DNA from: Eledone cirrhosa
Taxonomy: Eukaryota
Reading direction: 5' to 3'
DNA: 64,000 bases
Assembly: GCA_964016885.1 (NCBI GenBank)
Contig: OZ024757.1
Span: 17,174,001-17,238,000 of the forward strand
Position numbers and translations under genes: made by a program. The stretch's first letter is position 1; each line of letters opens with the position of its first letter. Positions 49,421 through 62,649 of this stretch are shown here, piece by piece. Below the pieces are notes generated by a model. That model saw only the letters and a program-made list of their open reading frames with translations, was not told the DNA's origin and made no database searches.

Positions 49421-50519
49421 CATAATATAAACATTTGCATAACATGCATAATTTTTAGCTAAATAATTACTGGATGTTAAGAAATATTGTTAGGATGTAT
49501 TACAGCTAATGGTATGTCTTACCACCATACCACTGAACTAATCTGTACCAATACCGTTGGGACTAGGATGGTGGTTGTTGTGTCACAGCTGACACTAGTG
49601 GTATGTCAGAGCTGACACTAGTGGTTCAACAGAGCTAACCTATATCATTACTATTAGTGGTAGGATGGTTGTTGAAATCGTGAAGAGGATGGTGAATGAG
49701 AAACTCGAAATAATTCAAAACTGCTGACGAGCTAGCATTGTCCTAATTATAGGCATCTGTTAATTAACTAATTATGTCTGGAATGTTAATTACAACTAGG
49801 TATATGTTATTAATGTGAAGTCAATTTAAGTCTGAATATATATTATAAAAGTCAAGCAGATCTCCGTCTGTCTGTCCGTCACAATATATATGTAGAAGGG
49901 AAGAAGGGAGAAATCAAAAGGGCAGATAACCTCTGTCCCAGCATATATGTAGGAGGGAAGAAGGGGAGGTGTAAATGTTGTTGTTGAGAGGAGAAAGAGA
50001 GACCGTGTGAAAGATAGATTAGAAAAAAAGACTTCAACATAGACAATACAACACAACACAGACTTCTGTCTCTCTCTTTCTCTCTCTTGAAAGAAATTGG
50101 CTGTGTTTCAGACTCAGTAAGGAATGGGCTCTGCCAGGTTTAAGTGCCAAATGCATGCAGTATGTCATGATGGGGACCCCTACAACTTCATCAGGAGTTA
50201 AGGGGTCATGGATTGTTAGCATTGTCATGAGGTATCATCAATCATCATTTTTATGTTGATTTTTTTCTGTGCTGGTATGGTTTGGATGAGACTTTTTGAG
50301 GCAATGCTTTACAGCTGGATGCTCTTCCTGATACCAACTTATGTCATTTCTTAAAACACACAGGGATATAGTGTACCTATTCTAAACTGGACACACATCA
50401 TCATCATCATGTTGACTTTTCCATACTGGCATGGATTAGACATGACTTTTTGTGGCAATGTTTTACAGCTAGATGTGGACCGAGTTTATGTGGACTGGGT
50501 GCTTTTTATGATAATACCC

Positions 50520-51102
50520 AAACAACCACCTGCTATCGCGTTTAGGACGGATCCGGCTATCATCTGAGTCCATCGTGAGGATTGCCCCGCCCTCCTCCTT
50601 TAGCCGGGAAGGGCAGGCAGTTTTTATGTCTGGTGGCCATGGCGAAAGAGATAGTATGGTGGACACGTTTGAAAGGGCTGAAGACGAGCACTTACCTCTT
50701 CGGTGATGCTCTGATTGACTTTTTCAAATTTCATTTGAAAAGGAAAATCAGAGTAGAGAGGGAAGTGCTCTCTTCCCAGCATTTTGTTGAAAGATGGGTG
50801 AGAGAAGCAAGAATGGCCCGAGTGAATGGGCCTACTCTGAGTATATATCTGTAAATTAAAGGTGGAAAACTGGGAGAGGGCACTTGCCTTGGTGGTCAGG
50901 GTCATTGTGGCTTTTTACTGGGCTTTCTCCACAAATGTCCCTCCGAAGTCTCCCCCCTATTGGGGAATTTTTCATTGTTATTTTTTGTTACATCCTCTGT
51001 TTTTGTTTTTTACACGCAGAAATGCCCATTTGTACCGTCCTGTATTGTCCTGCACTGTCCTTAATGTCTACTTTATGTAAACCCTTGTGGTTAATAAAGA
51101 AA
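50520..51102 (+). mobile_element. L1/Tx1-clade LINE, 3' end
   Basis: ...LVAMAKEIVWWTR...F.FHLKRKIRVERE.....FVERW C-terminus; 3' UTR ending aataaagaaa. Confidence 0.6.
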
Positions 51103-51807
51103 TCATTATATAAATATTTATATCTCTAGATACTATTTATACAATACTACATGACATGTATAAATAACATAGATGTAGTTGTGATGGACATATATGTCAA
51201 ATCCTTTACAATGGTCTCTTGTAGTTCTATTATTCTGACATCAATGTTTCAAAATCTACTCCTGACAGTTTGGGTCAATTTCTGATCTTTGTTTAAACCA
51301 GAGGTTCTCAAAGTGGGTAATCAAAAACAGTAATCAAAAACAGAACGTATGAGTGAGACACTGGTCATCAGACCCATCTAGTCTTCGACTGTGACATGTC
51401 CAACCCAAGCCAACATATAAAATCATCATCATCATCATCATTTAAATATGCTTGCATTTAGGGAGTCTTTCTAAAGTGGCCTATTTGCCAGTTATGGGGT
51501 TTACTAATTTGTCTCAGGGTCTTGCTAGGGTGACCAATATTTGGGGCTTGGGTGACCTCTATATCAGTTAGGGATTATGGTAGAGTGACCTTTATGTTGG
51601 GCTAGGGATATCAATATATAATTAAGGGGCCTTGCTATGGTGACCTCTGTCATTTAGTGTCTTGCTAGAGCAACCTATAAGTTGGGCTAGGGATATCTAT
51701 ATATGATTTAGGGGTCTTGCTAGGGTGACCTACATCATTTAGGAGTCATGCTAGAGCGACCTATATGTTGGGCTAGGGATATCTATATATCATTTAGGGT
51801 TCTTGCT

Positions 51808-52472
51808 AGGGTGAACTGTATGTTGGGATTTACCATGTCAGTTTGAGGGTCTTGTTAGGGTGAGCTATATGTCAATTTGGGGGTTTACTAATTCAATCTT
51901 ATAGGGTGAACTGTATGTTGGGGTTTAGCATGTCAGTTTGAGGGTCTTGCTAGGGTGAGCTATATGTCAATTTGGGGGTTTACTAATTCAATCTTATAGG
52001 GTGAACTGTATGTTGGGGTTTAGCATGTCAGTTTGAGGGTCTTGCTAGGGTGAGCTATATGTCAATTTGGGGGTTTACTAATTCAATCTTATAGGGTGAA
52101 CTGTATGTTGGGGTTTAGCATGTCAGTTTGAGGGTCTTGCTAGGGTGAGCTATATGTCAATTTGGGGGTTTACTAATTCAATCTTATAGGGTGAACTGTA
52201 TGTTGGGGTTTAGCATGCCAGTTTGAGGGTCTTGTTAGGGTGAGCTATATGTCAATTAGGGGGTTTACTAATTCAATCTTATAGGGTGAACTGTATGTTG
52301 GGGTTTAGCATGTCAGTTTGAGGGTCTTGCTAGGGTGAGCTATATGTCAATTTGGGGGTTTACTACTTCAATCTTATAGGGTGAACTGTATGTTGGGGTT
52401 TAGCATGTCAGCTTGAGGGTCTTGCTAGGGTGAGCTATATGTCAATTTGGGGGTTTACTACTTCAATCTTAT
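51808..52472. repeat. 95-bp tandem repeat (about 7 copies, dimeric substructure), preceded by degenerate relatives from about 51490
   Basis: Unit agggtgaactgtatgttggggtttagcatgtcagtttgagggtcttgct + agggtgagctatatgtcaatttgggggtttactaattcaatcttat. Confidence 0.92.
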
Positions 52473-53141
52473 ATAAATATCTGATGTGGAAGAAGAGTTA
52501 ACTGAATGTAGATTAACTGGAACATAATGAAGCAGTACAAAGGTTTTGTTGATTAAACTAACTTTAATTAGAACAATTTAATTAATGTTAGATACACAGA
52601 CCAATCAGTCCATCATGTCACAATAACCAATCTGAATTCAAAGGTTTCTCTCTCTCTCTTGTCCTCACTCTCTCTTTTGTCCTCTCTCTCTTTTGCTCCC
52701 TCCCCCTCTCTCTCTTGCTCCTCCCTCTCTCTTGCTCACCTTTCTTTACCCTTCTCTCCCCATCTCTCCCATACATCAGTCAGTACTTTGACTCCACCCT
52801 ACCAGGTTCCATTTAATCTTCTCTTCTGCTTATAGTATATGTGAGTGGACAGATGTCATTGATATCAACCACTTATACCATTACTACCACAGTGATAGAA
52901 GCCTGGTCAATGTAGGAGACTATTCTCTGGTGTGTAGAGCTCTAGGCACAAGCTGCTTCACGGTCCCAGCGTAGAAGAAAATGGAGAAAGCATTGCCCCA
53001 GTGTGTGGCGAGGGAGACGTACAGAAATAGCCATTACAACTAGTGCAGTTCGCTTCTCTGGGTGGTCACATCTGTCCTGATAGCAGTGAATAGAGAAGTA
53101 CTTGAAGAACCAAGAACCACAGAAGACTCCACTGCTACAGG

Positions 53142-53285
53142 CAGGGCCTATGAGAGGTGGGGGTCTAGCTGGTACTTTGTTCTGGGGCCCAAGAGCTAAG
53201 AAGGCCCCACAGCAACCATGCAACATCCATTTTGAGGACAATCTTTGCCTGCTTTGGGCCCCAAAGGGGTCTTGTACCGCCTTGC
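53142..53285. mobile_element. Possible hAT-like MITE with GGGCCC motifs
   Basis: Ends cagggc / gccttg; internal ggggccc, ggcccc and gggcccc. Confidence 0.35.
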
Positions 53286-53744
53286 AAAATTTCTCTTGGA
53301 GCCTACAAGCTGTAAATATTAAACCTATCATTGAAAAGTACAAAATAACACTATGACTGCATCACATTAAAAATTAAAGTCTTTAGTCTATCTAATACTG
53401 AAAATTTTCACAATGATTCTACAAACATTTGATTTAACAGAAACGTTTTTATATATTTTCGGCTAAACCATTATAGGCTGGGTTGTATTAACTCATGGCT
53501 CTGTCCCTTGGGTTTCCAGGAATTTCAAGCAAACTCTGGCATTCAATGTTCCATCCTACTACATCAAAAAGCATTAATGGCACCCCTAAGTCCATGTTGG
53601 TGCTCTAGTCAATCTTATGAATAATATGACCCTAATTACAGCAGGTTAGCAGTTCAACTGTGATGTTAATGTTTTTCTCTTAAGTCAACCAAGATATTTA
53701 TTCTTGCTGATCAAAATGAAGTTGCAAACCCAACTTGCTAGGGA

Positions 53745-54025
53745 ATCTTAACTTTACAGGGACCTGACAGCTTACCTTTACAGGGTATTGACAGCAACCT
53801 TTACAGGGCTCTACTTAGCTTTACAGAATTCTGATAGCTCAACTTTACAGGGTCCTGGTAGCTCAATTTTACAGGGCTCTACTTACTTTTACAGGACCAT
53901 GACAGCTTAGCTATACAGGGTCCTGACAGCTCAACTTTACAGGGTCCTTGCAGCTCAACTTTACAGGGTCCTGATGGCTTAACTTTACAGGATCCTAACA
54001 GCTTACCTTTACAGGGCTCTGGCAG
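53745..54025. repeat. About 24-bp minisatellite (cagctcaactttacagggtcctga), about 12 copies
   Basis: Seen directly. Confidence 0.85.
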
Positions 54026-54102
54026 CCCTCCCGGGGTCAACGTAATCGACTTCCCCCTTCCCTTTAAATTGCTGGCTTTGTGCCAAATGTAGAAACAATT
54101 AT

Positions 54103-55600
54103 ATGTAGTTGTAGTAGTCATAATAGTAGTAGCAGCTATAGTAACAATAATATTAGTAGTAGTAGTGGTGGTGGTGGTGACAGCAGTAGTAATAGTACTG
54201 GTAGTAGCAGTAGTGGTGGTGGTGGTGACAGCAGCAGTAGTAATAGTACTGGTAGTAGCAGTAGTGGTGGTGGTGGTGACAGCAGCAGTAGTAATAGTAC
54301 TGGTAGTAGCAGTAGTTGTGGTGGTGGTGGTGGTGACAGCAGCAGTAGTGGTAGTAATAGTACTGGTAGTAGCAGTATTGGTAGCAGTAGTTGTGGTGGT
54401 TGCAGTAGTTGTAACAGTACTGTTGGTAGTAGTTGTAGTAGTGGTGGTAGCTGTAGTTGTTGTAGTAGTAGTGCTGGTAGTTGTAGTGACGGTGGTAGTA
54501 GTGGTGCTGGTAGCAGTAGTGCTGGTAATTGTAGTGGTGCTGGTAGCAGTAGTTGTAGTAGTATTGGTGGTAGAAGCAGCAGCAGTACGTAGTGTATGAG
54601 AAACAGCCGACCATCCAACACTGTGAATGTCTTGAGCTTTCCTTCATTGGAATCCTGTTAGTAAAAAGGTACCAGCTATATACTGGGGTGTAGCTTGAAT
54701 CATTACTTTTCTACCTCCTCGGCTCTTCCGTATGGCCTTGTGAGGCCACATATGTAAGCAGAATCAATAATGACAGTAGTATTGATCAACTAATTCATAC
54801 TAGGACAGCGTTATCTGATCAATACTAAGTCTAATTATTGATTATGTTATGTTAGACATGGTTGGTGGTGGTGTTGGTTGGTGGTGTTGTTGTTGTTGTT
54901 GGTGGTGGTGCTGTTGTTGTTGTTGGTCGTGCTGTTGGAGGTGATGGTGGTGGTGGTGATGCTGTTGGAGGTGGTGGTGATGGTGTTGTTGGAGGTGATG
55001 GTGTTGTTGGAGGTGGTGGTGATGTTGTTGTTGGAGGTGATGGTGTTGGTGTTGTTGGAGGTGGTGGTGGTGGTGTTGTTGGAGGTGGTGGTGGTGGTGT
55101 TGTTGGAGGTGATGGTGTTGTTGTTGGTGGTGGTGTTGAAGGTGGTGGTGATGTTGTTGTTGGAGGTGATGGTGTTGTTGTTGGAGGTGATGGTGTTGTT
55201 GGAGGTGATGGTGTTGGTGTTGTTGGTGGTGGTGTTGGTGGTGTTGTTGGTGGTGGTGGTGTTGGTGTTGGTGATGGTACTCTTGTTGGTGGTGATGGTA
55301 CTGTTGTTGGTGGTGGTGTTGTTGATGGGGATAATGGTGGTTTTCGTGTTGTTGGTTGGCGCATGTGGTTGTTTTATAGTTGTTGTTGTTGGTGCTGTAT
55401 GGTTGTTGTTGTTGTTGTTGGTGCTGTATGGTTGTTGTTGTTGGTGCTGTATGGTTGTTGTTGTTGGTGCTGTATGGTTGTTGTTGTTGTTGTTGGTGCT
55501 GTATGGTTGTTGTTGTTGTTGTTGTTGGTGCTGTATGGTTGTTGTTGTTGGTGCTGTATGGTTGTTGTTGTTGGTGCTGTATGGTTGTTGTTGTATTGTT
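54103..55600. repeat. AGT/GGT/GTT trinucleotide-type low-complexity tracts
   Basis: Tracts at 54103-54590 and 54860-55600; source of the Ser/Gly/Val/Thr ORFs. Confidence 0.9.
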
Positions 55601-55956
55601 ATCTCTAACACATAACCATAAACACTACTGGGGAGTTTCCTCTTCAACTGTTCCACTTTATTTACTAAAGCTGCTGTCTCCTGAGGGGATGGTGGGGGAT
55701 ACAGGAGGTCCAGACACACACACACACACACACACACTCTCTCTCTGTGGTTGATTAAATGGAAGTGTGTGTGTGGGGGGGGGGGAGTTGTGCTATAGAT
55801 AGGGACACAGGCAATATTTAAAGGCAACCCGAATATTTTTTAAACTCCATAATTATTTGGGTTGTGGGTTCACTTCCGGGTTCCTTGAGCAAGAAACTTC
55901 ATTTCTTGTTGCCCTAGTCACCTCAGCTAAGTACAAACACACACACACGCATGTAT

Positions 55957-56152
55957 ACAGATCAGCTGAAAAGTTCATAGGCTGACCAAGATACTCTCAT
56001 GGAATGATCAAATGAGATTTATTTTTCAATACAGTCCCTGGAAAGAAACACTGCAGTTTTTGATAAGAAGCATTGCAATTTATGTGTGCAAGACTTCACA
56101 GCTCTAGCATCACTCCTTCACAGTCAGCCTATGAACTTTTCAGCCAACCCTC
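55957..56152. mobile_element. mariner-type MITE
   Basis: 22-bp perfect inverted repeat gctgaaaagttcataggctgac / gtcagcctatgaacttttcagc; partial copy at about 46050-46212. Confidence 0.75.
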
Positions 56153-56397
56153 ATATATACACACATGCATGAGTACACACACATATCAGGTATGAGTTGG
56201 ATCGGACTTTTTGAGGCAATGTTTTACAGCCAGATTCATAATATGCAAGAGTCCTGAGGAAACTTTAGCCAGGAGTCTCCCCTGCTGACTTCATCTACCA
56301 CCTGCAGAAGCAAATAAAGATGCTTTGAATAACAAAACTAACTTTATTGACCAGCAACATATCTGTAATTATACATAAATATCTTCAGAATATAATG

Positions 56398-57080
56398 TAT
56401 AGAGTTTATTCAAAATGACCCCCTAGTGCAGCAATAACAGCCTCTGACCTCTATCAAACATCTTTCACTGAATCGTGCAATATTTCTTGAGGAATTTCTT
56501 TTCACGTGCTCAGTAAAGATATTTTTAAATCATTGACTGTCTTGTGGACTTTTGAACAGGCTTTTTCTTCGAGGATAAATCATACTGAAAAGTCCGTAGG
56601 GTTCAAATCAGGCGAATAAGGAGGCCACACATCTTTTGATTAGAACCTCGGAACATGGTCTCTGCACCAAGCTTGTGTGACATTTGCTGTATGGGAGGTG
56701 GCTCTTTCCTGTTGGAAGGTTCACAGATAATCATTGCCAAAATTATTAGTTGCAGAAGCAATCATAGACTCTAGAATACCGTTTATGTAAGATTGGGAGC
56801 TGACTTTTGTCCTTTCTTCCACAAAAATGAGAGGAGACCGCTAAGGTGAAACAGCCACCCAGACCATAACAGAAGATGGTTTCGTTGTATGGTCAATACT
56901 GATTACTGGTGGGTTTTTTTCCAATGATTTGATCATTTCTTCGGTTGTGTGTCTGCTCAACAATGAAAATCTTTTCATCTGACCACACAATCTTCCCTGC
57001 CATGCCAAGTTTCATTTCTTTAAGCAAATTCTAGTTTCTCTCTTGCCCTTTTTTGTTTTGTCTCTTCAGAAAGAGTTTGT
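56398..57080 (-). pseudogene. Degraded Tc1/mariner (maT/DD37D-type) transposase
   Basis: Minus-strand motifs VWSDEKIF, SVMVW, FQQE.ATSHTA..TQAWC, VWPPYSPDLNPTDFSV and GGHFE*, with multiple stops. Confidence 0.85.
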
Positions 57081-57386
57081 CTCTTCTGAAGTTTAAATAG
57101 TATTACATCATCATCATTTAATGTCCATTTTTTTTCATGCTAGCATGGGTTAGACAAGTTATCCTGTTGTGAGCAATGCCAGATCAGGTGACCATGTCTT
57201 GCTCATACAGAATATTTACATATATTTACAATATATTACATATATTGTAAAGGTGGTTATATTGTTAAATATATGTACAGATGTAAATATTGTTAGATAC
57301 ATTGTAAATATATGAACTAATGTAAATACCGTTACATATATTATAAATATATGTAAAGGTGGTAATATTGTAAATATATGTAAAGG

Positions 57387-60300
57387 TGTAAATATATGAA
57401 CAGATGTAAATATTGTTAGATATATTGTAAATATATGAACAGATGTAAATATTGTTAGATATATTGTAAATATATGAACAGATGTAAACATTGTTAGATA
57501 TATTGTAAATATATGAACAGATGTAAATATTGTTAGATATATTGTAAATATATGAACAGATGTTAATATTGTTAGATATATTGTAAATATATGAACAGAT
57601 GTAAACATTGTTAGATATATTGTAAATATATGAACAGATGTAAACATTGTTAGATATATTGTAAATATATGAACAGATGTAAACATTGTTAGATATATTG
57701 TAAATATATGAACAGATGTAAACATTGTTAGATATATTGTAAATATATGAACAGATGTAAATATTGTTAGATATATTGTAAATATATGAACAGATGTAAA
57801 TATTGTTAGATATATTGTAAATATATGAACAGATGTAAATATTGTTAGATATATTGTAAATATATGAACAGATGTAAATATTGTTAGATATATTGTAAAT
57901 ATATGAACAGATGTTAATATTGTTAGATATATTGTAAATATATGAACAGATGTACATATTGTTAGATATATTGTAAATATATGAACAGATGTAAACATTG
58001 TTAGATATATTGTAAATATATGAACAGATGTAAACATTGTTAGATATATTGTAAATATATGAACAGATGTAAACATTGTTAGATATATTGTAAATATATG
58101 AACAGATGTAAACATTGTTAGATATATTGTAAATATATGAACGGATGTAAACATTGTTAGATATATTGTAAATATATGAACGGATGTAAACATTGTTAGA
58201 TATATTGTAAATATATGAACAGATGTAAACATTGTTAGATATATTGTAAATATATGAACAGATGTAAACATTGTTAGATATATTGTAAATATATGAACAG
58301 ATGTAAACATTGTTAGATATATTGTAAATATATGAACAGATGTAAACATTGTTAGATATATTGTAAATATATGAACAGATGTAAATATTGTTAGATATAT
58401 TGTAAATATATGAACAGATGTAAACATTGTTAGATATATTGTAAATATATGAACAGATGTAAACATTGTTAGATATATTGTAAATATATGAACAGATGTA
58501 AATATTGTTAGATATATTGTAAATATATGAACAGATGTAAATATTGTTAGATATATTGTAAATATATGAACAGATGTAAATATTGTTAGATATATTGTAA
58601 ATATATGAACAGATGTTAATATTGTTAGATATATTGTAAATATATGAACAGATGTACATATTGTTAGATATATTGTAAATATATGAACAGATGTAAACAT
58701 TGTTAGATATATTGTAAATATATGAACAGATGTAAACATTGTTAGATATATTGTAAATATATGAACAGATGTAAACATTGTTAGATATATTGTAAATATA
58801 TGAACAGATGTAAACATTGTTAGATATATTGTAAATATATGAACAGATGTAAACATTGTTAGATATATTGTAAATATATGAACAGATGTAAACATTGTTA
58901 GATATATTGTAAATATATGAACAGATGTAAACATTGTTAGATATATTGTAAATATATGAACAGATGTAAACATTGTTAGATATATTGTAAATATATGAAC
59001 AGATGTAAACATTGTTAGATATATTGTAAATATATGAACAGATGTAAATATTGTTAGATATATTGTAAATATATGAACAGATGTAAATATTGTTAGATAT
59101 ATTGTAAATATATGAACAGATGTAAATATTGTTAGATATATTGTAAATATATGAACAGATGTAAATATTGTTAGATATATTGTAAATATATGAACAGATG
59201 TAAACATTGTTAGATATATTGTAAATATATGAACAGATGTAAACATTGTTAGATATATTGTAAATATATGAACAGATGTAAACATTGTTAGATATATTGT
59301 AAATATATGAACAGATGTAAACATTGTTAGATATATTGTAAATATATGAACAGATGTAAATATTGTTAGATATATTGTAAATATATGAACAGATGTAAAC
59401 ATTGTTAGATATATTGTAAATATATGAACAGATGTAAATATTGTTAGATATATTGTAAATATATGAACAGATGTAAACATTGTTAGATATATTGTAAATA
59501 TATGAACAGATGTAAACATTGTTAGATATATTGTAAATATATGAACAGATGTAAATATTGTTAGATATATTGTAAATATATGAACAGATGTAAATATTGT
59601 TAGATATATTGTAAATATATGAACAGATGTAAATATTGTTAGATATATTGTAAATATATGAACAGATGTTAATATTGTTAGATATATTGTAAATATATGA
59701 ACAGATGTACATATTGTTAGATATATTGTAAATATATGAACAGATGTAAACATTGTTAGATATATTGTAAATATATGAACAGATGTAAACATTGTTAGAT
59801 ATATTGTAAATATATGAACAGATGTAAACATTGTTAGATATATTGTAAATATATGAACAGATGTAAACATTGTTAGATATATTGTAAATATATGAACAGA
59901 TGTAAACATTGTTAGATATATTGTAAATATATGAACAGATGTAAACATTGTTAGATATATTGTAAATATATGAACAGATGTAAACATTGTTAGATATATT
60001 GTAAATATATGAACAGATGTAAACATTGTTAGATATATTGTAAATATATGAACAGATGTAAACATTGTTAGATATATTGTAAATATATGAACAGATGTAA
60101 ACATTGTTAGATATATTGTAAATATATGAACAGATGTAAACATTGTTAGATATATTGTAAATATATGAACAGATGTAAACATTGTTAGATATATTGTAAA
60201 TATATGAACAGATGTAAATATTGTTAGATATATTGTAAATATATGAACAGATGTAAATATTGTTAGATATATTGTAAATATATGAACAGATGTACATATT

Positions 60301-61590
60301 GTTAGATATATTGTAAATATATGAACAGATGTAAACATTGTTAGATATATTGTAAATATATGAACAGATGTAAACATTGTTAGATATATTGTAAATATAT
60401 GAACAGATGTAAACATTGTTAGATATATTGTAAATATATGAACAGATGTAAATATTGTTAGATATATTGTAAATATATGAACAGATGTAAACATTGTTAG
60501 ATATATTGTAAATATATGAACAGATGTAAATATTGTTAGATATATTGTAAATATATGAACAGATGTAAACATTGTTAGATATATTGTAAATATATGAACA
60601 GATGTAAACATTGTTAGATATATTGTAAATATATGAACAGATGTAAATATTGTTAGATATATTGTAAATATATGAACAGATGTAAATATTGTTAGATATA
60701 TTGTAAATATATGAACAGATGTAAATATTGTTAGATATATTGTAAATATATGAACAGATGTTAATATTGTTAGATATATTGTAAATATATGAACAGATGT
60801 ACATATTGTTAGATATATTGTAAATATATGAACAGATGTAAACATTGTTAGATATATTGTAAATATATGAACAGATGTAAACATTGTTAGATATATTGTA
60901 AATATATGAACAGATGTAAACATTGTTAGATATATTGTAAATATATGAACAGATGTAAACATTGTTAGATATATTGTAAATATATGAACAGATGTAAACA
61001 TTGTTAGATATATTGTAAATATATGAACAGATGTAAACATTGTTAGATATATTGTAAATATATGAACAGATGTAAACATTGTTAGATATATTGTAAATAT
61101 ATGAACAGATGTAAACATTGTTAGATATATTGTAAATATATGAACAGATGTAAACATTGTTAGATATATTGTAAATATATGAACAGATGTAAACATTGTT
61201 AGATATATTGTAAATATATGAACAGATGTAAACATTGTTAGATATATTGTAAATATATGAACAGATGTAAACATTGTTAGATATATTGTAAATATATGAA
61301 CAGATGTAAATATTGTTAGATACATTGTAAATATATGAACAGATGTAAATATTATTAGATATATTGTAAATATATGAACAGATGTAAATATTGTTAGATA
61401 TATTGTAAATATATGAACAGATGTAAACATTGTTAGATATATTGTAAATATATGAACAGATGTAAATATTGTTAGATACATTGTAAATATATGAACAGAT
61501 GTAAATATTATTAGATATATTGTAAATATATGAACAGATGTAAATATTGTTAGATATATTGTAAATATATGAACAGATGTAAATATATGT
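57387..61590. repeat. 39-bp satellite, about 107 copies
   Basis: Unit gtaaatatatgaacagatgtaaa(c/t)attgttagatatatt; explains the 1421-aa and 1472-aa ORFs. Confidence 0.97.
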
Positions 61591-61617
61591 AAAGGTGGTA
61601 ATATTGTTGCTTATATC

Positions 61618-61835
61618 AGGGCGGTAGATTGGCAGTATCTGTAGAGCACCAGACAACATCCTTTGCAGCATAGTTACGACCATTTACATTCTGCGTTCAA
61701 ATCCCGCTGAGGTTAGTTTTGCCTTTTGTCCTTACAAGGTCCATAAAATAAAGTACAAGTAATGCACTGGGATCGAATTAAATGACTTTCTCCTCCCACA
61801 AAATTGTTAGCCTTATGCCTAAATCAGAAACCAAT
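61618..61835 (+). mobile_element. SINE family A between two satellites
   Basis: ggcggtagattggcagtatc...gcgttcaaatcccgc...aaaataaagtac...cctaaatcagaaacc. Confidence 0.85.
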
Positions 61836-62560
61836 ATTGTAAATATATTGTAAAGGTGTTAAATATTGTAAACATATGTAAGGGTGGTAATATTGTAAAT
61901 ATATTGTAAAGGTGGTAATATTGTAAATATATTGTAAAGGTGGTAATATTGTAAATATATTGTAAAGGTGGTAATATTGTAAATATATTGTAAAGGTGGT
62001 AATATTGTAAATATATTGTAAAGGTGGTAATATTGTAAATATATTGTAAAGGTGGTAATATTGTAAATATATTGTAAAGGTGGTAATATTGTAAATATAT
62101 TGTAAAGGTGGTAATATTGTAAATATATTGTAAAGGTGGTAATATTGTAAATATATTGTAAAGGTGGTAATATTGTAAATATATTGTAAAGGTGGTAATA
62201 TTGTAAATATATTGTAAAGGTGGTAATATTGTAAATATATTGTAAAGGTGGTAATATTGTAAATATATTGTAAAGGTGTTAAATATTGTAAACATATTGT
62301 AAAGGTGGTAATATTGTAAATATATTGTAAAGGTGGTAATATTGTAAATATATTGTAAAGGTGTTAAATATTGTAAACATATGTAAGGGTGGTAATATTG
62401 TAAATATATTGTAAAGGTGGTAATATTGTAAATATATTGTAAAGGTGGTAATATTGTAAATATATTGTAAAGGTGGTAATATTGTAAATATATTGTAAAG
62501 GTGGTAATATTGTAAATATATTGTAAAGGTGGTAATATTGTAAATATATTGTAAAGGTGT
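61836..62560. repeat. 28-bp satellite, about 26 copies
   Basis: Unit gtaaatatattgtaaaggtggtaatatt. Confidence 0.95.
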
Positions 62561-62649
62561 GAGTATTATTACATGTATTGATATTTGCTTCATGTTCTGA
62601 ACTGTATTTTTAAAAGTAGGCCAGTAGTATCATCATATGTTTACTTTCT

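Noticed and set aside
49724-49760. CTGACGA as a hammerhead core (also ttgacga near 28600, minus strand)
   Set aside because: No closing stem II followed by GAAA could be found downstream.
51808-52472. Telomere-like repeat (tagggt, ggggttt motifs)
   Set aside because: There is no tandem TTAGGG run; it is an ordinary 95-bp minisatellite.
52942-53343. 133-aa Cys-containing ORF
   Set aside because: It runs across a probable MITE and a repeat fragment, and has no recognisable domain.
57216-61683. 1421-aa and 1472-aa ORFs
   Set aside because: They are stop-free frames of a 39-bp (13-codon) satellite. Two overlapping frames are open and there is no domain or codon signal.
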